The position numbers and the translations under genes are program-made. 64,000 bases of DNA, from positions 3,316 to 67,315 of the forward strand of contig MJAN01000004.1 in NCBI GenBank assembly GCA_001875255.1, read 5' to 3'. Source of the DNA: Candidatus Sabulitectum silens. GTDB taxonomy: Bacteria > Fermentibacterota > Fermentibacteria > Fermentibacterales > JCC-6. Below the pieces are notes generated by a model. The model was not told the DNA's origin. It worked only from the letters and a program-made list of their open reading frames with translations, and did no database searches. Of this stretch, positions 12,204-24,478 are shown one piece after another. The first letter of the stretch is position 1; each line of letters starts with the position of its first letter.

Positions 12204-15200
12204 ACTGTACCCGTCACCTCCCCGGATTGAGCGGCTGCATGAAACAGATACACTCCGGAACGAACCGGCTGGCCGGCGTTGTCCTTCCCGTCCCAGACAG
12301 GTTCAGCGGTGGTGATGTTCCTGACCGGGATGCCCTCGATGTTGTATATGACAAGGTCTATGACGCCACCGCCTGCGGAGGGCCAGACGAAGGTTGCGGT
12401 GTCGTTGATGCCGTCGTTGTTCGGCGTGAAGGGTGTGGGGATAACGGTCATCCCCGGGGAAAAATCCCTTACCAGGCCGATATCGAACTCGGTGTAGACA
12501 TCCTCTTCAATGAAGACCGTGTCGGAAAAGACCAGATAGGGGTCCTGGTCCACCTGAAGGGGAACCGGCCCCACGGGTACCTCCGGGAAGTAATAGTATC
12601 CGGTGTTGTCGGACACCGTTGTAACCCCCAGACCGAAGATGGATACGGTCATGTCCGGCAGATCGCGCCCTGTGTAGACATCGGTAACGATTCCCCCAGG
12701 GAGCCCGTCGGGCCCTGGGCGGTGGCTGAGGCCATGTTGCTGTAGGGGCTTTCCCCGTTGGGATTGGCGTAAACGCAGGTTGCCCAGTAGTAGTACCCCA
12801 CTCCGTTCACCACGTTGCTGTCGGCCCATGAAAGGGTGTCGGTCCCAACCTCTACTATATGTTCCGGTTCAGGGCCCAGTGGGCTGATGGACCTGTAGAT
12901 CCTGTATGCGGAGAGGCCTCTGCCGTCGGTTGCCGCCTCGGGGGGCGACCATGACAGAGGTATGAAGCCGTCGTTCCCGCTCTCGGCCACCAGATTCAAA
13001 GGAGGAGCGAACTCTCCGGAAACATCGAAGGGTCCATAAACGGAAACATTGTTTGCCTCATTGTCCTCGATCACCGTTGAATCGGGGTCAATGAAGGCCA
13101 CGAGGTGCCTGCTGCCCAGGTCGAAGTAGTTGAATCGGTAGCTTCCCTTGAAGGCCTCTGTTTCACCGCTTTCAAGGCCGGGCACGTCGAAGATCAAAAT
13201 CGGCTCTTCAAGTGAATCGGGATCCTCGGTGAGGAAATAGGCAAGCTCCGTTGCCTGTGAAGGCCCTTCGCCGTCGTTGCTGACTATTACGCTGAAACCC
13301 ACGTTCTGCCCCACAGCGAAGGGAGGGGGAATGTCAGGCTGGGCAATGGAAACGGTGAGATCGGGATAGGCGAGAACGATGGTGAACTGGCTTTCAGCGT
13401 TCTCGAGCCCTCTGTTCGCCCCTCCGGAAACCACATCGACAATGTGGGTGCCGGGCTGGTCGGGGCACTGAAGTGTGAACTCCGCCGAAGCGCTGGCGTT
13501 CTTGTATACAAGGTTTCCCAGGAAGGCGGGAATGTTCACGTTGCCGGTGAAGGAATCGGGAGGGTCGAGAAGGACCCAGGCCCCAACCGCTATGTAGCCG
13601 CCGCTGTTGGAAACGGTTACGGGAATCGTGAGTTCGCCGCCGGGAGGGGCGTATATGGTGGTATCGGTGGGGAAGGTAATGGAAAGCTGCGGATCCCGGG
13701 CGAACCTGTAGGCCGCCAGGGAAAACTGCTCTTCTTCTGCGGGGTTGCCCGGGTCGGCCCATGACTGGGGGGTGACCCTTACAATCCAGGCACCCGGCTC
13801 GGGGGACTCGACCACGACCCTTTCAACCGGGCTCTCGGCGGTTACCCCCGCTGGAAGCTGGTAGCTGTACTCGGTGCTGGAGGGTGAGATGAGGACCATG
13901 TCGAGATCCACCTGGAGGTCAGGGGAAAGGGAGGGAACATCGGAATAGCCCATGGCTACTGAGATCCAGCTTGTGTAGGCGGGTACATACATCACCCATT
14001 CCTTGGAACCCTGCCCCTCGGTGATGATTGAGTTGATCCAGAGCATCCGGTCCACCTCTTCGGAAAAATAGGTTCCCGGAAGGTGATAGCCGTCGAGAAG
14101 ACCGAAACCATGGGATGCGTCGGCATAACCGGTTTCCGGGGTGCCGCTGGAGCCCTTCAGGGGAATGGCGCATGCCGCCATGAGGGCAAGGGCGTCTTCC
14201 GGATGAAAGAGGGTCGAATACTTCTCCTGACATATAGCCATGGCGGAGGAAACGAAGGCCGCCGCCATGCTTGTTCCGGCATATCTGGTGTATGAATCCT
14301 CCCCCGGCCAGCGATCTTCAGGATCATCGAGCCAGCCGCCTCCGTAAAAGGCATTGGTGGTTGCCACGCCGTTCTGCATGGTGGACTGAAAGAAATCCCC
14401 CCCGGGAGCCAGTATCTCAGGTTTCATCCTGCCGTTCTCGGTGGGACCGCGGCCGCTGTAGGAGGCAAGGGTAACATTGCTGCCGTTTTCCGGAATGAAG
14501 GTTACCGCACCGACGGTGATGGCGTTCCTGGCGGTTCCCGGTGTAGGGATCGCCCCCGGGGCTGGGTCGTTGCCGGAGCTGAAAACGGCTATGCCGCCGT
14601 CGGCCACGTACTGGTCAACCACCTGGCAGTAGGCGTTGTAGGAGGTGGTGCCGTCGAATCCCCAGGAATTGTTCACTATCATGCACTGACTGGAAACGAA
14701 CTCCGCGAAAAATCCCGCCAGCTGGGAAGGGGTCATGGAAGATGGCCGCTGGATCACATAGAGCTGGGCATCCGGGGTTCCGCCGCTTCCGTTGTGCTCG
14801 CACTGGAGGTCTATCTCTCCCCTGGAGGCAATAACGCCGCATACCGCGGTTCCGTGACCATCGGTATCCGGTGGCCCGGAGACGATGGCAGACTGGAGAT
14901 CGGGGTGTTCCGACCAGACGCCGGTGTCGAGAACCCCCACCCTAACCCCCAGACCGGTGTAGTAGGACCAGAGACCGGGGAACCCGGCCACTTCCCTGCT
15001 GTCGTCGGTCTGTGTGTCAAGGGCGTGGTTCACCCCCTCCATGCCGTTGTCGGGAAGGGCGATCAGGGCTCCGGAAAGAACCGGGGAGCCAACCCGCCAC
15101 CAGTCACCATGCAGGTGAACCCCCGAAGGGGGATCGGTTCCAGGTGCCATTAGTACAAGCCAATGCCCGGAGGGGGATCCGGCTGCCCCCGGAGGCTCTG

Positions 15201-15599
15201 TTCCAGTCCCAGGGAGAAAGCCGGCGAATGAAACCGGAACCCCTGATGAGACCGGCGTCGAGGGGGCCGATCCTCACAGCCACGAAACCGTCATCCCGGG
15301 GGAGTAGCCCGCCGGCCAGAGACCTGCACGGAAAAGGACTTCGAGATCGGCGGGGGAAAGGGGTCTGTAAACCTCGGCAAGTATCAGTGAAACGTTATCG
15401 GGGAAAGAGGTTCCACCTGTAAAGGGCCGGAGCCTGTGCCTCCGGAGATGTAGTTACTTTCCATCTGAAGAAGTGTTTCCCGGCGCTGCCGGTCAGGCAT
15501 GCTGCGAAGATCCTGGAGGGTCGTGTTGTTCGATGCTTCAACAACCGGGTAATCCGCCCCGCTTGCGAGCATTACCAGCAAAATGGCAATTACTGTCAT
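12188..15599 (-). CDS. Secreted S8 subtilase with PPC, CARDB, Fn3 and carboxypeptidase-regulatory-like domains and a type-B T9SS C-terminal domain (several frameshifts)
   Basis: Signal peptide at 15599. Catalytic triad VLDTG / DGHGT / GTSMA, KPEILAPG, PDL.V...IDP...IE.NE.NN (CARDB), PTPFTPNNDGIND...WDG...SGVY. Confidence 0.85.
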
Positions 15600-15731
15600 A
15601 CAAACTCCGTGCGAAGGTTAATATCCTCTGTAGAGATACTATCATCCCGGGCTCTTCGTCAACCGTTGAACAAAAAATAACCGGAGCAATCAATGAGTGA
15701 ATGCACCGGTATTATCAGCCTGCTAAAATGG

Positions 15732-16574
15732 TTACCGCGACAGAAAATCTTTTCTGGCCTTGAGTGTGTTCTTCAACAGAAAGGCAATGGTCAGGGGGCC
15801 GACACCGCCGGGAACCGGGGTTATGGCAGAACAGCGTTCAAAAACACCGTGGTAGTCAACATCGCCGATGAGTTCACCACTGGAATCTCTGTTAATGCCA
15901 ACGTCTATTACCACAGCGCCGGGCTTAACCCAGTTCTCCCTGACGAACTCCGGTTTACCCACTGCGGCTACCAGTATGTCGGCGGCCCGGGCTTTTTCCG
16001 GCAGGTTCTCCGTTCTGCTGTGGGCCAGTGTCACCGTGCAGTTCTCCCTGAGGAGAAGGGCCGCCATGGGTTTGCCCACGATGTTGGACCTTCCCGCGAT
16101 AAGGGCGTTCTTGCCCTGAAGGGGAATACCGTGGTGGTGCAGCAGACCGATTATTCCGCTGGGGGTGCAGGGGAAAAGGCCATCCTCTCCCCTCCAGAGT
16201 TTGCCAACGTTCACCGGATGGAAGCCGTCGACATCCTTTTCCGGAAGAACGGCGGAAGCCACCCTGGAAGGGGATATGTGCCGGGGCAGAGGGAGCTGAA
16301 CGAGAATACCATGGACTTCCCGGCTGGAGTTGAGTTCATCGATAAGCCGAAGCACCTCGGCCTCGGGGTGTCTTCGGGCAGTTCGTGGACCGGCTGCTGA
16401 TCCCGACCCTTTTGCAGGCGCGCTCCTTCGATGCCACATATACGCTGCTGGCGGGGTCGTTTCCCACCATTATCACAGCAAGCCCCGGGGGTGGGAGGGC
16501 AGTCGGGAGATGTGGTCCTTGATGTCTGCCCTTACCTTCTTCGCGTAGTCCTTCCCGGAGAGAACCAGGGTCAT
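15732..16574 (-). CDS. folD: Methylenetetrahydrofolate dehydrogenase/cyclohydrolase (5' frameshifts)
   Basis: [45 protein letters not shown]-terminus [15 protein letters not shown] at 16574. Confidence 0.95.
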
Positions 16575-16575
16575 G

Positions 16576-16889
16576 TCAGCCCTTCGTGATCTTGTCGATC
16601 TCCACGAAGGTCTGGTCCTGTCTGTGACCGGTCTTCCTTTCGTAACCCTTACGCCTCTTGCGTTTGTAAACGGTTACCTTGGGCCCCCGGCCCTGGTGGA
16701 GGATCTTCGCGGATACCTTGATGCCGTCGATGAAGGGATGGCCCACCACCACTTTGTCGTCCTTGGCTACCAGCAGGACATCGTTGAAGGTATATGCAGA
16801 TCCTGCTTCCCGGGAACACCGGGGACTAGAAGCTTCATGCCCGGCTCAACCTTGAACTGGATTCCGCCGGTCTTGATAATAGCGTACAA
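16576..16889 (-). CDS. rplU: 50S ribosomal protein L21 (frameshifted, absent from ORF track)
   Basis: TTG start after GGAGG: MYAIIKTGGIQFKVEPG...RGPKVTVYKRKRRKGYERKTGHRQDQTFVEIDKI. Confidence 0.9.
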
Positions 16890-16958
16890 AGGATACCTCC
16901 GTTTATTTCTAAATAGTACAGTTTTCCCAAGTTTCGAGCACTGGCTTAACAGCGCAAT

Positions 16959-16987
16959 TCTATACTACGTAACCCCCGTCAGGTCAA
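16959..16987 (-). promoter_or_regulatory. Candidate sigma70 promoter for rplU-folD
   Basis: Minus strand TTGACC-N17-TATAGA(AT) upstream of an AT-rich leader. Confidence 0.4.
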
Positions 16988-18531
16988 CCTTTACCAACCG
17001 GGGTATACTGGTCGGTTATCTCGGTGTGTGAATCCAGGGAGAAGACCCTGAACTCGGCCTGTCCCAGCCTGGAGTCCTCGTGTATGTGAACAGCGAGACG
17101 GTCGCTTCTGGCGGTGAGATATTCCAGTCTTTTGCCCTCATCCTCGATGAGGTATTCCGCCACGGCGGGATTCACGGATACCACCAGGTTGGTGTGTTTC
17201 CTGCCGTTGGCGGCCCTTTCCAGGAACCGCTCTATGTTGGTCAGCACGCTGAGTGGCGCCTGTATCCTGCCGGTTCCCCCGCAGTGTTCGCAGACCCCTG
17301 ACATGGACTGAACAAGGCTGGGCCTGACCCTTTTCCTTGTCATTTCAACCAGGCCCATGGGACTCACCTGGCAGGTCTTCGTTGGGGATCTGTCCCTTCC
17401 CAGTTCGCTCCTGAGGCAGTTGACCACCTTTTCCTTGTGACCGGCGTTGTCCATGTCGATGAAGTCGATCACTATTATTCCGCCGAGGTCCCTTAGACGG
17501 AGCTGTCTGGCCACCTCCCGGGCTGCCTCCATGTTGGTTTTCAGAATGGTGTCTTCCTGCTTTTTCCTGCCCACGTATCTCCGGGTGTTGACATCCACCG
17601 CCACAAGGGCCTCGGTATGGTCTATCACAAGGGAACCGCCGCTTTTCAGGGGGACCTCCCTGCTGACGAGGCCGGCTATTTCCTTCTCTATCTCGTAGTG
17701 GTCGAAGATGGGGGTCTTGCCCCTGTAGAACTTCACCTGGCTGGCAACGCCTGGATCGAAGGTTTTCAGGTACTTCTTGATCTGTCTGGCAACCACCCGG
17801 GAGTCGCAAACGATGGAGTTCACGTCGGGTGATACCAGGTCCCGGACCGTCATTGTTATGAGGTCGTGTTCCTGGTGAAGAAGGGCCGGCGCCTTTGACT
17901 TCAGGGCCAGGGCTCCTATCTCCTTCCATTTCTCCACGATCCTCTGGACATCGGTCTTGAAGCTTTCAAGGTCCTTCTCCGTTCCGGCGGTGCGGGCAAT
18001 TATTCCGAAGCCGTCGGTCCGGACCTTCTGAACTATGTCCCTTAGCCGGCTCCTCTCCTTGCGGTCGGTAATTTTACGGGAAACCCCGGAAACCGTGTCC
18101 CCGGGCATGCTGACCACATACCGCCCTGCAATGGAGATCCTTGTGGTGACCCTTGCGCCCTTTGTCCCTATGGGCTCCTTAGTTACCTGTACAAGAATGG
18201 TTCTGCCCTTCTCAAGGACCTTTTCGATGGGTCTTCTGGTTTCGTCGGCCCTGGGGGGTTTCCCCGCCACCAGCGCCTTGGCGAAGGACCTGTCGTCGGC
18301 TATCTTCTCCCGGACATCGGACACATGGAGGAAGGCGCTCCTTTCCAGGCCGATGTCCACGAAGGCCGCCTGCATTCCCGGCAGAACGGCGTTTATCTTT
18401 CCAAGGTATATGTTCCCCACGATGTGCTTGTCGTCGGCCATCTCCACGATGAGTTCCATTAACCTGCCGTCCTCCATGACGGCGATTCTTGTAACTTCGG
18501 GATGCTGGTTGACTACGAAATCAACCTTCAT
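16984..18531 (-). CDS. rng: Ribonuclease G/E family
   Basis: VGNIYLG.I..VLPGMQAAFVDIG, VQV.KEPIGTKGAR.T, DVNT, RQLRLRDLGGIIVIDFIDM, CxxCxG. Confidence 0.95.
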   Translation of the reverse strand: MKVDFVVNQHPEVTRIAVMEDGRLMELIVEMADDKHIVGNIYLGKINAVLPGMQAAFVDIGLERSAFLHVSDVREKIADDRSFAKALVAGKPPRADETRRPIEKVLEKGRTILVQVTKEPIGTKGARVTTRISIAGRYVVSMPGDTVSGVSRKITDRKERSRLRDIVQKVRTDGFGIIARTAGTEKDLESFKTDVQRIVEKWKEIGALALKSKAPALLHQEHDLITMTVRDLVSPDVNSIVCDSRVVARQIKKYLKTFDPGVASQVKFYRGKTPIFDHYEIEKEIAGLVSREVPLKSGGSLVIDHTEALVAVDVNTRRYVGRKKQEDTILKTNMEAAREVARQLRLRDLGGIIVIDFIDMDNAGHKEKVVNCLRSELGRDRSPTKTCQVSPMGLVEMTRKRVRPSLVQSMSGVCEHCGGTGRIQAPLSVLTNIERFLERAANGRKHTNLVVSVNPAVAEYLIEDEGKRLEYLTARSDRLAVHIHEDSRLGQAEFRVFSLDSHTEITDQYTPVGKG

Positions 18532-20886
18532 TCAAATTCTCCTTTTACTGCACGAAGGAGCGGGATAAGTTGCCCGCCTTCCCCTGCTTTAAATAATTCA
18601 GTTCTCACTATCGATCCCCACTCCACTCCGGCGGCTTTCATCACCCTGTCGGGTCTGGAAGCTCCCTTCCCGGGGCTGGAGACCATTATCGCCCCATTCT
18701 GTCCCTGGGAACGGAATGAAACGCCTGTGTCGTTCTTTTCGAGATAGTCCTCCAGAAGCTGGAGGCTGTCTATTCCCCTGATAATATACTCAGCCAGGGA
18801 GGCTATGGAGTCCGGTGGCTTGCTTTCCACCGGTATTCGCCGGGCCGCCAATATGCTGAATCCTTTGGGAAGGGCCTTCCTTAGGGTTTCCACCACTTTT
18901 CCAAGGTGAACAGGTTCATCCAGAAGGAAGTCGGTGTACTCGCTTTCGCTGCCCATGCCCAGGGGTATCGGCTGGGAAAAGGCCAGTTTTACCCGGCGTG
19001 AATAACCGGATGTGTAATGAAGGGGAAGGCCGCTCCGCCTGAGGGTCCGGGTCCACATACGGACCATGTCCAGGTGTGAGGTGAACACAGCGAGCCCCCT
19101 TTTAGCGTACCTTATCCTGAACCTTTCCAGGGCCCTGGGTTCGGTGTCCCGACCTTTCCCCGATGCCCCGGGAGCAACTGGGGCGGGCAGCGGGGGCACT
19201 GTTCCGGGACAGGCGCCGCAGCCGGTGCAGCCCGAGGCCCTGCAGTCCTCCAGGGTCTCTGAAAGGCCGGCCCTTCTGTACTCCCGGATCAGCCAGTCGC
19301 GGTCCACCCCGGTGTCCACGAAGTCCCATGGCAGCCGAGACCCGGGTTCAGGAGCCAGGGGAGGTGAGCCGGGTATCAGCTCACTCCATATGTCCCACCT
19401 GAAGAGATCGCTCCAGCCGTCAAAGACAGCCCCGAGAAGGAAGGCCCTTTCAAGGGCATCCCCGGTGGTTAAGTCCCCGGTGGCCAGGAAGTGCTCCACC
19501 GCGGATACCCGGGGATCGTTCCATGATACGGTGGCCCTTCTGCAGGCTTCCCTTACCAGTGATATCCGTCTCCACATTTCCCCCTGATCCGGCGGTGAGC
19601 ACCACTGGAAAGGAGTGTGGGGTTCGGAATGAATGGAGAAAGGGCGGCTGTGACCTTCCTCTTCTTTCCCATGAGCCTCGAAATGGCATCAGCCATTCGA
19701 GCAATGGCCAGAAGGTCTTCGTCGGTCTCCCCTGGAAGGCCCACCATGAAATAGAGCTTTATCCCCCTGGCGCCCATTCTGGCCGCGGCACCGGCGGCTT
19801 CCATTATTTCATCGTCGGTGAGGGGTTTGTTAATTACTCTTCTCAGTCTTTCGGTTCCCGCCTCCGGTGCCATTGTAAGGCTTCCCTTGAAAAACCGTTT
19901 CTGCTGGAGGCCTGGAGGGTATCCGGTCTGAGGGAGGGCTGGGAGACCTGAACATGCATCTTCTCCTCCAGGGGCTCCAGAAGGCGAAGGAGTTCATCAA
20001 GGCGTGAGTAGTCGCTGAAGGAGAGGGTCAGCAGGCCTGCCTTCTCCCATCCTGTGCTCTGGACCGCATCGCCAAGGAGCTTCACTACATCCTCAGGCGG
20101 TCTTTCCCGGACAGGTCTTGCAAGCTGGGAAGCCTGGCAGAACCTGCAGCCCCTGGTGCAGCCCCTGGATATCTCCACCACCGCCCTGTCGTGGGTTATC
20201 CTGGCCAGGGGAACCACCTGATCCACAGGGGCGTCCTTCAGGTCAAGAGAGGCTGCCCTCGCCCACTTCACCCTTTCACCTTCGTGGAGCCCCGGGACCA
20301 GGATACCGGGCATTCCCCGGACACCTTCCAGCTTCTCCCGAAGGGAAAGGTCCGAACAAAGAACCGATATCACATCGGCAAGGCCGGCCTCGGCCTCTCC
20401 CAGGAAAAAGACATCCACGAAGGGCATCAGCGGGACCGGGTTCGAAAGACCTCCGCCACCGGCGAGTATCACCGGACGATTCCCCTTTCTGTCTTCCCTT
20501 CGAAGGGGTAGCCCCATCAGATCTATCAGTGAAAGGACATTGGAAAAGAGGATCTCGGAACTGATGCCGAAGCCCACAACGGTGCTTTCAGAAACAGGCT
20601 CTCCGGTTTCGCAGTTCAACCAGGGCAAACCCCTTTCCCTGAGAAGGGCATACATGTCAGGGGCGGGATGAAAGGCTCGTACAACTGGAAAACCCGCCTT
20701 GAGAAGAATGTGCCGAACCGCCCTGAGACCGAAGTTCGAAGCTCCAAGCTCATACACATCGGGATAAACCAGTGTTACACCCCTGCCGGATTCTTTTGGG
20801 AGGGTGTTGTACTCGAAACCGGTGTACTGCTGGGGCCGCTCCACACTGCCCAGCAGTTCTGTGTATTCTCCCTGCCTCAGGTCCAG
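18528..20886 (-). CDS. TIGR03960-type B12-binding radical SAM protein fused to a TIGR03936/DUF2344 domain (frameshifts near 19900 and 19600)
   Basis: ERPQQYTG.E.N, YPDVYELG, EISRGCTRGCRFCQA, APEAGTERLRRVINK, YFMVGLPGET, FDGW, SHLD....W.R.LRR. Confidence 0.9.
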
Positions 20887-21385
20887 GTATGACCTCCTGG
20901 GACACCGGATTGCTCAGCAGACCGCCGGTTCGGCTGCCGCTGACAGAAAGGTCCATGGCGAGTTTCGCCGCCAGAGAGTCATCGATCTCCCGGAGATACC
21001 CGAACATCCAGAGGGTTCTGCGGTGGACCGCTTCCACCGGGAAACCCCTGCGCTTCAGTATGGAGGCCCAGTTGTTTCCCCGGTTGTCCTCTCTATCGCT
21101 GACCAGCACCCCTGTCCAGTTCATGGAGTCATCCTGCCAGGGAAGGTTCTTCCCCGGTTCGGCAAGGCTCCAGAGATGCTTGTTGGGATTGACTATGTCG
21201 GTGAAGTGGCCAACGATCTCCCGGAGGGTTTCCTCGCCGCCGGTTTCCAGGGAAAACTCCCATATATCGTATCTGGCAAGTTTGGCCGGTGGAAGCTGAA
21301 GACCCATTCCGTTAATGGCATTCAGTGCGGTTACCGCTTCGGGATCCGGGGCTTTAAGCCTTACCGCTATAGAGATAACACTCAT
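20877..21385 (-). CDS. PurS-like protein (about two PurS-like units)
   Basis: MSVISIAVRLKAPDPEAVTA..I...IVNPNKH, with a second unit ending LLSNPVSQ; directly follows purQ. Confidence 0.6.
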
Positions 21386-22192
21386 TTTGTCACCCCCAGA
21401 TGATCCGCCAGGCCCCTGAAGATAACAGCTCCGGGGCCGGGTTTCTCCCCCAGTTCCTTCACAGTGGCTTCCCTTCTGGCCTCTCCCCACCTCCCCGGGA
21501 AGCCCCGGGGGAACCTGCCAGAGGTCCATCGCCCTTTCCGGATGGGGCATCATTGCCAGAACATTACCCCCGGCGTTCGTTAGCCCGGCGGCGTTCATGT
21601 GGGAGCCGTTGGGGTTGTCCGGCCAGCCGGTGGGGGCTTCACCCTCAACCGTGGAGTAAACAAGGCCGAGATGGTCGGAAACCCTTCCGGAGTCATCTGA
21701 CCTGAACATGAACCTTCCTTCGGCGTGGGCGATGGGAACGGGAATTGGTGAATCGTCCATGGCGGAAAGCCAGGGGCAGCTGGATCCAGGGGTCTTCCTT
21801 AAAAAGACCCAACGGGAAAGGTAGCCGCTTCTGCCGGTTACGAGGTTCGAAGCAAGGGCCGCCTGGACCGCTCCCGGCTTCCACCCCGGAACCAGGCCGC
21901 TTTCGAGGAGTATCTGGGCTCCGTTGCAGATGCCCAGCACCGGTTTGCCGTAGGCTGCCTCTTCGAAAATAACGTCCATCATCCGCTCCCGGGAGGCTAT
22001 CACCCCGGCCCTGACCCTGTCCTGAAAGGAGAACCCGCCGGGAAGAACATAGGCATCGGCCCGGTTCAGCGCGAGCCTGTCAGCCTGGTTCCAGTTGTAT
22101 ATGAAGGGTTCAATGCCGGCTTTTTTGAGAGCCCCTGCGGTTTCGAACTCGCAGTTGGATCCGGGAAACCTGATTACAGCGGCAATGGCCAT
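21382..22192 (-). CDS. purQ: FGAM synthase glutaminase subunit
   Basis: FPGSNCE, LPGGFSFQD..RAG, LGICNGAQIL.E.GL.PG, PIAHAEG, NPNGS, MMPHPER. Confidence 0.95.
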
Positions 22193-24469
22193 CAGACATT
22201 CTCCTCTCTCCAGATCACGGAGTCAAGCAAACCGGACCATTCCTTCCTGATGGCTTCAAGGTCAACACTGAAGCCCTCTCCAGAGATCCGGCAGCCGGAG
22301 CAAACGGTTCCGGCCTTTGAAACGAATCCGGGAAGGGAAGACTCCTCGAAGAACTCCGGGGTCACCTCCACGAGATAACCCGGGGTTTCCGAAAAAAGGT
22401 TAACGGGGTTCGGGTCCAGGGACAGTTCGATACCGAGCCCGGGGCTGGCCAGGGCCATCTCCGCCCCGGACACCGCAAGCCCCCCGGAGCTGATATCGTG
22501 TACCGAAAGGGCTTTTCCCCCGTGTATCATTTCCAGTATCCAGTCCGCCATTTTCTTTTCCAGGTTTCCCCTGAACTCCGGTACGGTGCCTCCGGTGTGA
22601 CCGAGACAGACACGGTAGAAAAGGCTTCCGCCGAGCTCATCCTTCCTGGTGCCCACCAGAAGAATGGTGTTCCCCGTCTTACGCAGGGCGATGTCAACGG
22701 CTTTCCTGTGGTCGTGTATCTTTCCGAAAACGGCCACGATGGGCGATGGCGGGATGGCCCTGCCTCCCCTGGACTGATTGTAGAAGCTCACATTTCCGGA
22801 AACAATGGGAAGAGGGTAGTTCCCCCCGCTGAAGCCCAGGGCGCCGCAGGCCCTGGCAATGCCCTCCACGGACTGCCTGAACTGGGCAAAGGCCGCCGGG
22901 TCCTCGGGATTTCCGAAATTGAGGCAGTCCGTTGCGCAGATGGGGGTAGCTCCGGTTGCCACCACATTCCGCACCGCCTCACCCACGGCGTGGGCTCCCC
23001 CCAGGAAGGGGTCGAGTTCGCCGTACCAGGGATTGCCGTCGCCACTGACAGCCAGGCCGGCCCTGCAGCCTCAACGGGTACTGAAACGCAGGCATCGGCC
23101 TCGCCGGGTCTCAGCATGGTTCGCCCCTGAACCTCGGAATCGTAATAGGACCAGATCGATGAACGGCTGCAGCCGGCGATGGATTCAAGCAGGGCGGTTA
23201 TGTCCCTGCCCGGTTCGCAGGGCCTCTCTTCCGGTTCCGGAAGGGAAGTGTCCCGGCGGTCTTCCTTCCTGTCGTAAACTATTCCTTCGGTAATGTACTC
23301 GATGGGGGTCTCGGCGGCCTTCTCGCCCCGGCAGACCACATTGTAAACGGGCTTCGATGTGAATTTCCCAATGACAGCCGCCCTGCAATGGGGGAACAGC
23401 CTGGGAAGCTCGTACTTCACATTGTATATCTCAAGTATATCTTCGGCAACCGCTTCGGGAACCGCCAGGCCGTACCTTTCCTGGGTCTCGCTGCAGGCGA
23501 TCACCTCCGGTGGAAGATCCTTCATGGAAACCGGTACGGCGTCGAGATCAACATCTATTCCCAGTCCTCCGTGGGCGGCCAGTTCACTTGTTACGCAGGC
23601 TATTCCCCCGGCGCCGAGGTCCTTGAAACCGAACTTGATGCCCCTCTCGAAAAGCATCTGGAGCACCTCGGCATTTGCCTCGGAAAGGACCCTCTTCAGG
23701 AAGGGGTCGGCCACCTGAACGGCGCCCATTCCCTGCTCGCCGTCGAGGTCGGCGCTGGCGAAGGTGGCCCCGCCGAAGCCGGTGTCGTCGGTGGGCTTCC
23801 CTGTGAGGATAAGAACATAGGGTTCCCCGTGGGCCTCTTCGGGAACGAAGCTGTGCACCACCCTGTCGTGGGGCACCATTCCAAAGGCAACCACATTCAC
23901 CAGGCAGTTGTCGTCGTAGCCGGGATGGAATTCGGTGTCACCGCCCATGTTGGGCACACCAAGGGCGTTACCGTACTTCCAGATACCTTCCACCACACCC
24001 CGGACTATGCCCCTGGTTGACTCACCCTTCTCCCCCAGGGGTCTCCGAACCTGAGAAGGTCCATGGAGCCGGTTACCCTGGCCCCCATGCAGTAGACATC
24101 CCGTACTATTCCGCCGATCCCCGTTGCCGCCCCCTCCACGGGAAGCACCTGGGAAGGGTGGTTGTGGCTTTCGTGGGCAACCACCAGGTCCCACTCTTTT
24201 CCCCTGTGGGTGCAGAACTTCACAACCCCGGCGTCCTCTCCGGGACCGATCACCACCCCGGGAGCATCGGTGGGCAGAAGCCTGAGAACCGGCTTTGAGC
24301 TCTTGTAGGAACAGTGTTCGCTCCACATTGTGTCGAACAGGTGGAACTCAAGGGGCGTGGGCATCCTGTTCACATAGCCGGCGAGCTTCTCGGCCTCTTC
24401 AAGGGTCATGGAGAGACCCCTGGCGGAGATCGCCCCCTTCAGATCGTTGCTGTCTGGTTTTCCTGACAT
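22192..24469 (-). CDS. purL: FGAM synthase subunit PurL (frameshifts near 24030 and 23070)
   Basis: MWSEHCSYKSS, ESHNHPS, GAATGIGGIVRD, DLGAGG, SETQER, DCLNFGNPE, SGNVSFYN, HDISSGGL. Confidence 0.95.
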
Positions 24470-24478
24470 ATTGCCTTC

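Noticed and set aside
20750-22192. Apparent 480-aa PurQ-PurS fusion
   Set aside because: The junction is out-of-frame-looking sequence; an alternative frame ends purQ with TGA overlapping the ATG at 21385, so a frameshift artefact is more likely
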